Shown here: in pieces, positions 15,046 through 31,827 of the stretch | Position numbering within the stretch: position 1 is the first letter of the stretch | How the letters are laid out: every line of letters starts with the position of its first letter | Origin: the human T2T-CHM13v2.0 reference genome, Homo sapiens | Assembly: GCF_009914755.1 (NCBI RefSeq) | Contig: NC_060930.1 | Reading direction: 5' to 3' (one strand) | Length of the DNA stretch: 64,000 bases | Notes under the pieces: model-generated | The model's database searches: none | What the model saw: only the letters and a program-made list of their open reading frames with translations | What the model was told of the DNA's origin: nothing | Made by a program: the position numbers and the translations under genes

Positions 15046-16291
15046 TTTTTTGTTGTTGTTGTTGTTGTTGTTTTCATTTTTATTATACTTTAAGTTCTGG
15101 GGTACATGTGCACAACCTGCAGGTTTGTTACATATGTATACATGTGCCATGTTGGTGTGCTGCACCCATTAACTCGTCATTTACATTAGGTATATCTCCT
15201 AATGCTATCCCCCCCCCCCCCCACCCCACGACAGGCCCCAGTGTCGACAGGCCCCAGTGTGTGATGTTCCCCACCCTGTGTTCAAGTGTTCTCATTGTTC
15301 AATTCCCACCTATGAGTGAGAACATGTGGTGTTTGGTTTTCTGTCCTTGCAATAGTTTGCTCAGAATGATGGTTTCCAGCTTCATCCATGTCCCTACAAA
15401 AGGACATGAACTCGTCCTTTTTTGGGGCTGCATAGTATTCCTTGGTGTATATGTGCCACATTTTCTTAATCCAGTCTATCATTGATGGACATTTGGGTTG
15501 AATTCCAAGTCTTTGCTATTGTGAATAGTGCTGCAATAAACATATGTGTGCATGTGTCTTTATAGCAGCATGATTTATAATCCTTTAGGTATATACCCAG
15601 TAATGGGATGGCTGGGTCAAATGGTATTTCTAGTTCTAGATCCTTGAGGTATCACCACACTGTCTTCCACAATGGTTGAACTAGTTTACAGTCCCACCAA
15701 CAGTGTAAAAGTGTTCCTATTTCTCCACATCTTTTCCAGCACCTGTTGTTTCCTGACTTTTTAATGATCGCCATTCTAACTGGTGTGAGATGATATCTCA
15801 TTGTGGTTTTGATTTGCGTTTCTCTGATGGGCAGTGATGATGAGCATTTTTTCATGTGTCTGTTGGCTGCATAAATGTCTGCTTTTGAGAAGTGTCTGTT
15901 CATATCCTTTGCCCACTTTTTGATGGGGTTGTTTGATTTTTTCTTGTAAATTTGTTTAAGTTCTTTGTAGATTCTGGATGATAGCCCTTTGTCAGATGGG
16001 TAGATTGTAAAAATTTTCTCCCATTCTGTAGGTTGCCTGTTCACTCTCATGGTAGTTTCTTTTGCTGTGCAGAAGCTCTTTAGTTTAATTAGATGCCATT
16101 TGTCCATTTTGGCTTTTGTTGCCATTGCTTTTGGTGTTTTAGTCATGAAGTCCTTGCCCATGCCAATGTCCTGAATGGTATTGCCTAGGTTTTCTTCTGG
16201 GGTTTTTATGGTTTTAGGTCTAACATTTAAGTCTTTAATCCATCTTGAATTAATTTTTGTATAAGGTGTGAGAAAGGGATCCAATTTCAGC
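15046..16291 (-). mobile_element. 5'-truncated primate L1 (L1PA-type), ORF2 3' end plus 3'UTR, 17-bp TSD
   Basis: ORF 15652-16284(-) is L1 ORF2p C-terminus ([20 protein letters not shown]...[14 protein letters not shown]); TSD taagccttgcctatttg at 15029-15045 and 16292-16308. Confidence 0.96.
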
Positions 16292-16373
16292 TAAGCCTTG
16301 CCTATTTGAAAACAAACCTTTCTAGTTCCCTGTAGTTCCTTTCAGCTTTTATACTTCCTTTTCTGGGGGGTGA

Positions 16374-16655
<282 letters not shown>

Positions 16656-17368
16656 TATGCTTTCTTATAATCCTTATGACCAAGATTTCTACATTCCCTT
16701 TCTTCTCTTCACTCCCTCACGCTTTGATGTACTACAGCCCTGCAGCCTGGCTTCCACACCTGTGTCTTCACCTAAGCAGGTCTCTCAAGCGTCAGTAACA
16801 ACTTCTGTGTTACCAGATCTGCTGGACATTTTCCTTCTGCTAGGACTCTCGGCAGCAGTCAACACCTTCACTCTCTCCTCTGTTTTGAACACCCTGTCCT
16901 AAGCTACTGGGAGGCCTGTCTTACCAGGCTTCCCCAGTCTTTCTGTACTTTCCTGTAGTCCTTAAACAGGCTCATCCTCCTCGGGCTGCCATTGAAGGCT
17001 AGAGTTCTTCCACACTCAGCCTTCTTCTCTTACTTGAAAATAGCTCCATTGACAACTAAGAGTTCTGAAGCTACAATTCTTTGTGCTTCCCAGACTTTTC
17101 CTTGTTTTCCTTTCTAAGCTAATAGTATATACCTCTTTCACCTAATATATTTCATTGGTTATTGTTTCAATTAAGGGATCATACCTAATTTTTATTAAAC
17201 AATTGTGAGGAGAGACTGAAATATTTTGAATTGATATATTTTTATACTAGAAACAGTTGTAAATATGTTTTTAAAAGTCATCTTACAAAAAAATAACCTT
17301 AGGATGGTTCATGATTTTACACATTTGTATTAATCACAGTACCAAATGCTTTTCTTTTCTCTGTGAAG

Positions 17369-17493
17369 GTTTCACAAGAAGTACTGTGGCTGTATACAGT
17401 ACCTGTATGCTGGTTGTTCTTTTGCGGGTCCAGTTAAACATAATTGGTGGATATATTTACCTGGATAATGCAGCAGTTGGCAAAAATGGCACT
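17369..17493 (+). CDS. PEX3: PEX3 exon 5
   Basis: gaag|GTTTCACA...GGCACT|gtaag, 125 nt; [42 protein letters not shown]. Confidence 0.96.
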
Positions 17494-17703
17494 GTAAGTT
17501 TAATAGACTTAAATAGACATTGTTCTTTCCCTCAGGAGGTTCAAAGTTTAACTTATTTATCCTGATAACAATTTCTATGAAATAAATATTTTTATATTTC
17601 ATGTGATTGTGAACTTTTAGTATTATGAATAATTTTTATATGTTGAAACTAGAATTTTTGGTGTGTTAAAAATTACTATTTTTCCCGTCATTTCAGATCT
17701 TGA

Positions 17704-17928
<225 letters not shown>

Positions 17929-17964
17929 TAAGCAAGGCTTTTAGGTTTGTTTTTTCTTTAATAG

Positions 17965-18019
17965 GCCTGACAGAATTGATCACTGTCATTAAACAAGCTG
18001 TGCAGAAGGTTTTAGGAAG
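17965..18019 (+). CDS. PEX3: PEX3 exon 7
   Basis: aatag|GCCTGACA...GGAAG|gtaag, 55 nt; GLTELITVIKQAVQKVLGS. Confidence 0.96.
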
Positions 18020-18499
18020 GTAAGGCATTTTTCTTTGACTTTTCTGACTTCTTGATTCTAATGAGTGAAAGAAAATTAGAATTGTTCTAGTGAAACCAGT
18101 GACTTGACAAACGGTGATTTGTGAAACTCTTTGTAATAAAATCAGATACCATCCTAGGATATTGCATTGTGGGATCCATTTTCTTTATCTTTTTTTTTAT
18201 ACAGAGGGGAAAGTTTTAATGTTTCATTGTTAATTGATTGATTTCATACAAATCAGAAATATTTGGGTCATGAGATAAAAGACCTACTTTAAAATCTGCC
18301 TCTGAGGCTTTTACCTCCCATTTATACTAGTAATATCTATAATTACAGTAGGAATTCTCTTATGGAATCCAGAGAAATACTTTTCTTGGCTCTGTAGTAA
18401 TGGCCCTTAACTAGTGGCTGATTTCGTAATCCATTCTATTCCAGTCAGCAGTTACAGGTGTAAGCAGAAGAAACAGGATTTTAGATAGTAGCCTGTTAA

Positions 18500-18748
<249 letters not shown>

Positions 18749-19699
18749 TAACCATTTAACCAAACCAGTTACTCTATTCTTTTAAAATTTTACTCTCTTG
18801 AAATTTTGATTTCTGAGTCTCTTGAAAGGTAAGTGATTGAAAAGCATATATTTCAGTAATTGAAGTAAAACCCATTAATTTAGAAAAACAGCCATTATGA
18901 GTGATTTCTAGTAAGAAGCACTTAACAATTTTAGATATTCAGTACATTTTTATTATCAGGTATGTGACAGTAGATACTGTGATGTATTCTGGAGATGTAA
19001 AATGTGTAAGACATGTTCATTACACCTGGGGAACTGAAGATACAAATTCAATTGGTGGGCTGCAGCGTATTTTTGTATCAGATCAAGTAGCAGAACATAG
19101 AGCTGAAGGTCAGGGCAAGATTATAAAGAGCTTTATATGCCAAGATAACGAGTCTGAACTCCAATTTGTAGACAAAGAAAGGTAGATTTTAACCAGTCCA
19201 ATAACACAATCACCTTTGCTTTTTAAAAAAGTTAATGATGAAAGTACAAAAATGGACTGAGGAGGTTATAGTCATCCACTTGAGAAACAATGTCTAATCC
19301 AAAAATTATCAACTATAGTGTTGCTAAACACTGGTGTGTCCTGGGTAGTTGTTACGTAAGTTATTCATTGATTAAAAATAATAGAAATGCCAGATTGCAG
19401 GTTATGGCTCATTTCCTAAATTAGTAATTTTTCGTTTGTCTGCTGGTTTGCACTCATTCTTTGTAATTGGGAGAACAGCTCTTACTTGACAACTGGAAAA
19501 GCCTTAGAACAGAGAGGCCCCCTATGCCATACCTCAGCAGAGAGGCCCTGTTAGAACAGAATGCCTTGTTTTCATTGCCTGCAGGATTTCCCATTGCCAG
19601 AGACAAAGATGAACCTGTTTGGGTGCTGAGAGATCCTACATTCATGAGTAGGCCAAAAAAAAAGTTGCATCCCATTTAAGGAAACCCTGTAACTTGAAA

Positions 19700-20025
19700 G
19701 ATAGAGACTAAACTGATCAAACAGAACAGATGGAACAGAATTAATGAAACAGGAGACAACTTACAAAATAGAATCTCAAGGAGACGCAATAAGAGTATTA
19801 AGAAATCTTTTTAGGACTCTAAAGTAATTTACAGTTTTCAAAATTCAAAACAGGACCAAAAAGAAAACAAAAGAACAGATGAAGAGAGAAATGATGGACC
19901 AGATCTTACTGAACTGAATTAAAACCTGAAATTTAAGATTGAAAGGACACATAGAGTCTCAGACTAGATTGATGAAAAAAGACACACACATATCCTGATA
20001 AAATCTCTTACTGATAAAAGAAAAA
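19700..20025 (+). mobile_element. Ancient L1M/HAL1 ORF1-like fragment
   Basis: attgaaaggacacatagagtc encodes IERTHRV, resembling the L1 ORF1p IERAHR motif; A-rich strand. Confidence 0.5.
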
Positions 20026-20029
20026 AGCA

Positions 20030-20883
20030 TAGGAGGTTGACGGGGAGGATCACTTGGGTCCAGGAGTTCAGGACCAGCCTGGGCAACATAGCGAGATCCT
20101 GTCTCTAAAAATTAAAATTAAAAAAATCAGTCAGATGGGCATAGTGGTGCATGGCTATAGTCCCAGCTACTCAGGAGGCTGAGGAGGAAGGATTTTTTAA
20201 GCTCAGCAGTTCGAGTCCGTGGTGTGCTATGGTTGCACCATTGCACTCCAGACTGGGCAACACCAATCTGTCTCTTAAAAAAAAAATGCTTTGGGAGGCC
20301 AAGGCAAGAGGATGGCTTGAGGCCAGGAATTTGAGACCAGCCTGGGAAGCATAACAAGACCCTACCCCTACAAAAAAAAAAAAAATGAAAAATTAGTATG
20401 GTGGCCCATGCCTGTAGTCCTAACTACTACTTAGGAAGCTGAGGCAGGAGGATCACTTGAGCCCACGAGTTCGAGGTTGCCTAAGCTATGATCATGCCAC
20501 TGCACTCCAGTCTGGATGACAGAGTGAGACCCTTTCTCAAAAAAATAATAATAGTAAAATTAAATTAAAAAAAAAGGCCGGGTGCGGTGGTGCACGCCTG
20601 TAATCCCAGCACTTTGGGAGGCCGAGGCAGGCGGATCACGAGGTCAGGAGTTCGAGACCAGTCTGACCAATATGGTGAAACCCTGTCTCTACTAAAAATA
20701 CAAATAAAAATACAAACTTAGCCGGTCGTGGTGGCGCACGCTTGTAATCCCAGCTACTCAGGAGGTTGAGGCAGGAGAATCACTTGAACCTCGGAGGCAG
20801 AGGTTTCAGGGAGCCAAGATCATGCCATTGCACTCCAGCCTGGGCGACAGAGCGAGACTCCGTCTCAAAAAAAAAAAAAAAAA
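20030..20883 (+). mobile_element. Tandem Alu cluster: two 5'-truncated AluJ plus AluS (20576-20883)
   Basis: Three head-to-tail Alus, each starting in or just after the previous A tail. Confidence 0.88.
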
Positions 20884-21193
20884 CCCAGACCTCTGCAAAC
20901 TCAAAACCTATTTCTTCTTTGTCTGACTATACTAGAAATCTATCCAAGAAGGGCCAGATAAACAGAGCTCTTACTAAGTATAATTTTACTTTTACTCATG
21001 TCTTAAATTCTACTTATTTGCACACATAAACCATTACAGGTTTTTATTTTGGTGGGGGAGGGTCTAACTTTTTTTATTGTTGATAGAACATAGACTTAGA
21101 TTTCCTAAACTCTTTATTTATGAATGTGATTAGTTTCATCATAACCCTGTGCTAATGTTTGAAAACCTTAAGTGTGACATTTTAATTCTATAG

Positions 21194-21264
21194 GCCTGTG
21201 GACTTTCTCCTCGAGACATTACCACTATTAAACTTCTCAATGAAACTAGAGACATGTTGGAAAG
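21194..21264 (+). CDS. PEX3: PEX3 exon 9
   Basis: tatag|GCCTGT...GAAAG|gtatgt, 71 nt; [24 protein letters not shown]. Confidence 0.96.
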
Positions 21265-21777
21265 GTATGTATACTTCATGTAGCAGGAAAAATATGTGTG
21301 TATGTTGAATGTACTTGAGACTATTTTTTAGTTTTTCTTGAACAACATGGTCGGTATAATATTATATTAAAATTAAATTTTTGACTCTGTTCCCCAGCCT
21401 TTAGATAAGATTTCCTACTCAAACTGGAGGGAAGCAGGGATTTCTTAGGGTAACTCAGCTACTAACTCTACTATCTGAATTCATCGAGTTCCAGTCTTTT
21501 GTTTTTCCTCAGTAGGATTGTCCACTTTTTTGTTATTCAGATTTCCACCTCATCATTTCATGAAGCTCTGGAGAAGGTCATCAGTGATCTTTTGCCATAT
21601 CCAATGAACCTGTAATGTTCATCTTACTTGACCTTTCTCTGATATTTGACACTGCCTTTCTTGAAATTCTTTGCTCACATGACTTTCATGACAGTATAAT
21701 CTATATTTTTCTCCCACCTCTCAAATCATTTCTTAGATTTTTCTATCTCTGTCTTTCCTTTAAACATCAGTGTTTCC

Positions 21778-22085
21778 AACCTGGTGCAGCAGCTCATGCT
21801 TGTAATCCCAGCACTTTGAGTGGCCGAGGCAGGTAGATTGCTTGAGCCTAGGAGTTCAAGACCAGCCTGGGTAACATGGCAAAAACCCCATCTTAAACAA
21901 AAGAAAAAAAATTAGCCAGGCATGGTGGTGCACACCTGTGGTCCCAGTTACTTGGGAGGCTGAGGTGGAAGGATCACCTGAGCCCTGGCAGGTTGAGGCT
22001 ATGGTGAGCCGTGATTGCACCACTGTACTCCAGCCTGGGCAACAGAGTAAGATCCTGTCTCAAACAAACAAAACAAAACAAAAAA
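21778..22085 (+). mobile_element. AluJ with TSD catcagtgtttcc (21765-21777, 22089-22101)
   Basis: Dimeric Alu and 13-bp direct repeat. Confidence 0.9.
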
Positions 22086-22264
22086 GGCCATCAGTGTTTC
22101 CCAGGTATTTGTTCTTTCTTCATTGGCAACTGCCTCCCAGGCAATGTTTTATACTCCCATTACTTTACTATGCTAGTAGTTAAAGCCAAATGTATAGCCC
22201 TAGTCCTCCACCCTCAGGAGCTTGTCTGGATTGAAATTTCTACACTTCATAGATAGAAATAATT

Positions 22265-23630
22265 TGTTCATTCACTTAATTCATTTATCTCATTGAATTA
22301 TTCATCAACTATGTATTGGCTGTCTGTGGTATATTAGGTACTGTTCTAAATGCTAGGTCTTCATCCCTACTGGAATGTGTATGTTAGTGGGAGAGAAAAA
22401 TAATCAACTAATAAATTTGATGTAATGTCAAGTATGTATAACTTTGTTGATGAAACACAAAGCAGGGTAAGGGGTTAGAGAGTGACCAGGGATGCTGTTT
22501 GTAATAGGTTGGTCAGAAAAGGCCTCTTTGAGGAGATGTCATTTGAGCAGAGACCTGAATATACTGTGGAAGTGAACCTTGTAACCCAGAAGAATACAGT
22601 TCAAGGCAGAAGAACAGTTGCAGTGATCCTAATGCTTGGCCTGTTCAAGGAATAGCAAGGAGGCCATTGTTGGCTGGAGCACAGTGAATGAGAAAAGTAA
22701 TAGGGAAGTGAGATTGGAGAGATAGATGGAAACTCCAGAGTATGTTGAACCTTGTAGTCCATGATAGGAAATTTGTTTTTTATTCTTAATGTATGGGAAG
22801 CCATTGGAGAATTTTAAGCAGGGCAGTGACATCATCTGTGTTTATAAAAGATCTCATTGCTCTATGGTAAGCTGACTATAAAGAGATAAGAATAGAAGGA
22901 GGGAACCAATTTCAAGAGTTGAAGTAGTCTAATCAAGAGACAGTTGCAGTTTGAACTGGGTGGTAGCAGTGGTGGCAATAACAAGTGGCTAAATAATAGA
23001 TTTATTTTTAAGGTTGAACCAGTAGTACTTGTGGAATTATTTAGTGTGGGTTATGAAAGAGGAGGCAAGGATGACTCCTAGGTATTGGGGCTGAGCATTT
23101 GAGGAAATAGGAACTGCCATTTACATTTTGGCAGTGTTAAGCATATCCAAGTGGATATGCCTATTGGCAATTGAATATGCAAGTCTGGAATTCAAGTTAG
23201 TTTACAAATATAATGTTGGGAGTCATCACTTTGTATATGGTATTTAAAGACATGGGAATAGGAACAGATAGAGACTAGAAGACAACTAAGTCATAGAGCA
23301 GTCCAACATTTAGAGTTTGGGATCGGGGGAAGAGCCAGCAAAGGAGACTGAGTAGGAGCTGCCAGCGAAAGAAAAGAAACACCAAAAGAATGAGGTATTT
23401 TGGAAGACAATTGAAGAAATGTTTCAAGGAGACTGTGATTGATTGGGTCTAATGCTCCTGAAAGGCCAAAGGAGATAAAGACAGAGAAATAACATTAGAT
23501 GGAGTTGTTGATTGATCTTGTTGAGAAGTTTCAGAGGAGCAGTGGAGATAAGCTAATTCAAAAGAATTAGAGTTTAGCAGAGACCAAGCACAGACAACTG
23601 TTGCAACATTTTGCTTTGAGAGATTCTGAG
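22265..23630 (-). mobile_element. L2 fragment (~1.3 kb)
   Basis: L2 hallmark motifs (gatgtcatttgagcagagacctgaa; gggaagccattggagaattttaagcagg). Confidence 0.75.
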
Positions 23631-24289
23631 AAATAGACAGTATTTAAGGGGAATGTGGGAGCCAGGAGATTTTGACTTTAACACTTTTTTATATACACCT
23701 TTCTACTAAACTCCATGAGACGAGTAATTTTTGTCTGTTTAGCTCACCAATGTATCTTCAGCTCTTAGAACAGTGCCTTGCATGTAGTAGATGCTCAATA
23801 AGTATTTACTGAATTGATAGAGGGAAAAATTGATGTAGAAAAGCTCATTAATTTTAAGAACAAAGTACTTTGAATAGGAGAAAGGAATGAGATTCAATAC
23901 ACAGTAAAATAGTTTAGGAGTCAGGTAGGGATGGCTGAGGATAGGTCAGATGCATGTAAGTGGGTAGATGGGTGGGACAAGTATGTGGAAGTTCTCTTTG
24001 CTTCTATTTTTATGTGTGTGAAATAGGAAGCAAGCTCACCTATTTCTCATTTCTTTCATTGGCCTAAATGAATTCAATTCAATAATAAGAATAAAAACTA
24101 ACATTTTTGAGTGCTTATGCAGCAAGCACTGTTCTATACTGCTTTATCTATCTTAACTCACTTAAACCTTACAGTAACCCTAGGAGGTAGGTACTATGAT
24201 GATCTTTTCTTCAGTTTCCATTTCTTCAACTTTCATCCCCTTAATCATTTTTCTTCTTGGAACCTTACCATATTACCTTTAAAAGAATA

Positions 24290-24835
24290 AAGTTCAGCCC
24301 AAATTACCGTGCAACCCAGCAATTCCACTCCTAGGTATCTACCAAAAAGAATGAAAACATCTCTAGACAAAAACTTGTTCAGATTTTTCACAACAGCATT
24401 ATTCACAATAGCCAAAAAGTGGAAACAGTCCAGATTTCTATTAACTAACAAAAGGATAAAATCTGATGTATTCATATAATGGAGCCCTATGTAGCAAAAA
24501 AGGGGAGCAAACCACTGATACATGCTACAGCATAGAAGAACCTTCAAAACATGCTAAGTGAAAGAAGCCAGACACAAAAGACCACATATGTATGACTGTT
24601 TCTATGAAATGTCCAGAAAACTATATAGACCAAAAGTAGATTAATGGTTACCTGGGGCTAAGACTGAGATGAGAATTGGCTGGAAATGGGCCTAGTGGGT
24701 GATGAAAATGTTCTAAAATTGGATTGTAGCGATAGTTGCACAACTATGCAAATTTACTCAAAATCATTGACTTGTGCATTTAAAATGGGTGAATTTTATG
24801 CCCTCTAAGTCCTACTTCAATAAAGCCGTTAAAAT
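24290..24835 (+). mobile_element. L1MB-type 3' end
   Basis: cccagcaattccactcctaggtat...atgctaagtgaaagaagccagacacaaaag...caataaagc. Confidence 0.8.
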
Positions 24836-25460
24836 GCTTTTAAAATAGAGATGACTAAGGAGAAAAGGTAGGTAGATAGAAAGATACACACATACACATG
24901 CACACTGTAGTCAAGAAATTGGAACATAACTAGGTATTTTCTAGCTTTCTTGGCATCTTTATATATTATTCTTTATATTAAAGAGTTTTGTGAGGAACTA
25001 AGAGAGTATAATTAAGATCAAAAAACCCCGGTCTCATGTTTGAGCTCCCCAATTTACTAATCACAGGCCTTTCGTCAAGCTTCTTCATCCCTCAAGTATC
25101 ATTTCCTCATCTGTACACAATAATATTTTCTGTCTCACTGAAATATCATGCTAGAGGATGTAAAGCCAACTAATCTATGACTATAAGGAAATTTAAGAGT
25201 TTCCTCAAAATTAGTAGTACTAGTACTGATATTTTTTAAAAAATTCATTGTACAAAGTGCTGACTAGTATAAAAAATCTGAAGTGGATGAATATTCTCAT
25301 TATGTTGTGCTAAATAAGCTCATTTTTAAATACTTTTTAAAGATTGATTTCTTGATATATTTTACAGTATTAGATTATGACTAGAAATGTTGGTGGCTTT
25401 CAAAGGTAACCACGTTATTACTGAATTTGTTTTCTCTTCCATTCAGAGTCTAAAAAGTAA

Positions 25461-25607
<147 letters not shown>

Positions 25608-27089
25608 TAAGATGACATATAAAAATGTTATACTAATGAATGCTCTAAAAAAATGGTGCTTTGCTTGTCTTTTTGTTCCAGATAACAACAACAAACCTAT
25701 TAAATTTGAGTGCCTCATTTTTTAACAAATTAAACTCTGTTAAACCAACAACTTCTTCACTAGCAGAAGCTCCTTCTTGGTTTCAGTATTAAAACTTGGA
25801 GTCTTCCAGAAACTTTGCCACTATATTGAAGTACTTTAGTTGTAATTACCTTTCTATAAGTTGAATTCCAATTATTGTTTTTTTTTAACTCTTTAGAATA
25901 CAAAACTCACAATATGTTTTAATTTTAATGCATTCTCTAATGTTATTCCATTACTGCAGGCCATTTTGGTCTGCATATTTCAATATTTTGTTCCTTATAA
26001 TACCCGGGCATTGTTGGTATAGATTCTCATTTGATGAATTAGCTCCTTATAGTTCTACAAATGCTTAAATGTATTCATTCCAGTCCTTATTACAGAATTA
26101 GGAACATGTATTAGTGCAATTGTTAGTGATTTTAATCATAACTATTACTAAATCATGGACTTATGTATGCCATAAGGTATCTTACGGTTTTTTATATCTT
26201 TGTTATCCCAACACAAATATCTTTGGTCTCATATTAGAATTTATACTCTTTAAGGATTTCTATTTTGCAGTTTTTTATGTCAAACTCGGAAAATAATGGG
26301 TACTAAATTAATGTTGACTGACTGTAAACTCATTCATTAAAATTTGAGACACATCCTTTGAAGTAGCTTTAAAATTTTTTTTTTAATTGGGGACACAGTA
26401 ATTGATAGGCAATATGTATGTGCAATATCCAATTTAATTCTTAAATACATAGGGCCAGAAGTTACTTACCAGATTCTCTGAGACCCTTCTTTATTGTAGA
26501 GAAAAGATTAATTTGACATTGACATTAAGCATTTGGAATGCTTACAGCCATAAAGTATATTCTCTGAAGTAATTTAAATATCAACATAAAATCTTTAAAA
26601 AAATTTTAAGTTATACAAAAATAAATTTCAGCTCAAGACCAATCCTATATACTGTATAAATCAAGGTGCTCCAATTAGTAAAATTTCACCATAATCTGTA
26701 TATAGCAAGATATTCGTTATTTTGCAAGTAGTGATACATAATTGTAATGGTTATTTTAACATAAATACTTGATTTTGTACACTGAAGAATTGTAAAAATT
26801 ATACTACAGCCACAACAGCCATGATAGTGTTTCTTTTCTGAACTATAGTAATCATTATCTGTACTTTCATGTACAACCTACATGTGCTACCTTGAATTGG
26901 AGTTTTATTCCTCAGTTACATTTTAAGCCTCCTCTCAAAAGTCAAAAACTATCTTGTGCCCTTTCATGTCTCTTTACTCATACAAGGCACTCAGTAGATA
27001 TTTTCTATATAAGTTTTTCTGTTTCATCTCAATAACCAACTTCATGCTCCATGATTGAACCCTAGAAACATTTCCATCAAGCCTATTGT

Positions 27090-29600
<2,511 letters not shown>

Positions 29601-31551
29601 TTAATCTAAGATTTATTGAACACGTGTTATGAATCAGGCACTGTATTAGGTTTCTGTTCCCATAGATCTTACAATCTAATTGGGGAAATAGTAAATATAA
29701 TTGTATAAACTATGAGAAGTGTTATAAAGGAGAAGAACACTGAACGTATAATAGAAAAATTTAAACAAAAGTAGACAGTCAAGCAGTTTTCCTGAGGAAA
29801 TAATTTGAACTACTAAGATTGGAAGCTATTAAATATGACCCTAGACTACAGTGGGACAGTTGACATTCTGGGCAGAAGCTACAGGGCAAAGGTTTTGAAG
29901 CCACCTAAGTACATTTTAAGACTTATAAAGAGGCTGGCATGGTAGCTGAATACATAGAACAAGAGTGGTGTCAGACAAAGCTGGAGAATGCAGCATATAC
30001 AGATATGGCTGTCATCTGAGAACACTGGAAGGCTGCTGGAGAGTTTTGAGCAGGAGAGTGATGTAATGGAATTTACATTGTATGATTTCTTTGACTGGTT
30101 TGTGGAAAAGGAATTGGGTAAACAGGGACTGGGGCAGGACAGACAAATGGATGAATGAAGACTTATTAATCAATTCAACAAGTATGTATTGGATGTCCAC
30201 TGTACACAAGACCTTTTACTATGTGCTGGGACAATACAGTGCATAAGATAGACATGGTGTGTAACCTCATGGAGCTTGCATGATAGTGAGGGGAGACAGA
30301 GCAATCAAGTAATCAAAATCATGATAGATTTTGAAAAATGCCACAAAGGTACCATGAAAAAAAAAATGCCTGCTTCCCTCAGGAATACATAAATCTTCCC
30401 ACTTCCTTTATTCTTTTTTAAGCATTGCCTCAAATCTCAGCATAGCACACTGGTTGTACACCCTAGCTTCAGCACTTGCATGATATTTAAAAGGAAATTT
30501 TTAGTGTAGCCCTAGGTTGAAATGTATGAGATGTCATATTTAATGTAATAAGACTAAATCTACAACCCCAACGCAAAAATGAGTCTTGTTGTTTAAGTCA
30601 TTGCATCACATACATACAGTGATACATACATGTATTCATTTATGCATCCAACAAATGTTTATTGTGCTCTAACAAGTTAAAAAGTTATTGCTGTAGTCCA
30701 GGCAAGAGATAATGCTCAGCTTGGAATCTGTTGGGCAACGGGGAGAATTCTTGGCACTTATTTGAATATAGGCAAGGGAAAGAAGTGCCAAGGATTTTCA
30801 AAAGATTTTAAGATTATTAAAAGATTTCTTTTGAGAAATCTTTAGAATATCTGATTGGGTATAGGCAAGAGAAAGAAGTGCCAGGGATAATGCCCATATT
30901 TGCTGCTTCTAGAACCTGATAGATAATGGTGTGGTTCACTGGAGTAGGGGGGAAATACTCAACATTGTTAGTAATTAAGAGAAATGCAGATTTAACCTGT
31001 AAGATACTATTTTCACCTATCAGATGTGAAAGATTAAAGAAAAGGATAATGTTGGATGTTGAAAGAAGGCATAATGGAGCAGATACATTCATACCCTTTG
31101 ACCCAGTGATTTCATGTTTATACAAAATCTTACTTAGATTAAGAAAATTTAGGCAAAAACTGAAATGCCCAACTCTAGGGAACTCATGATATAAATTGTC
31201 ACAGCTAGAGGACAGATTACTGTATAGTCATTAAAAAACAATCAGACAAACACTTTAGAACTTTTAATAAGATGGAAAATACTCATAACAATAAAAATGC
31301 AAAAACAGTGTGCTTAGGAGGTTAGAGGTTTTTGGTAGACACAAAAAAACAAAGATATGTGTAAAAAAACGCCAAAAGAAATTGGTCATGATGTCAATTA
31401 GAGTTGTTATTTCTAAGCGATAGAATTGTGGGGTTTTTTTTCCTTTTTAATAGATTTCCAAAAATATTCTACAATGGCTATGTATTACTTTTATAATTAA
31501 GATGTTAAAGTCCTGTGGGGTCATTTCAGAAAATAATCATTACTGTAATGA

Positions 31552-31827
<276 letters not shown>

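Noticed and set aside
14964-16284. 173 aa, 66 aa and 210 aa ORFs
   Set aside because: Sense and antisense frames of a 5'-truncated L1 with no promoter, EN or RT domain and a premature TGA
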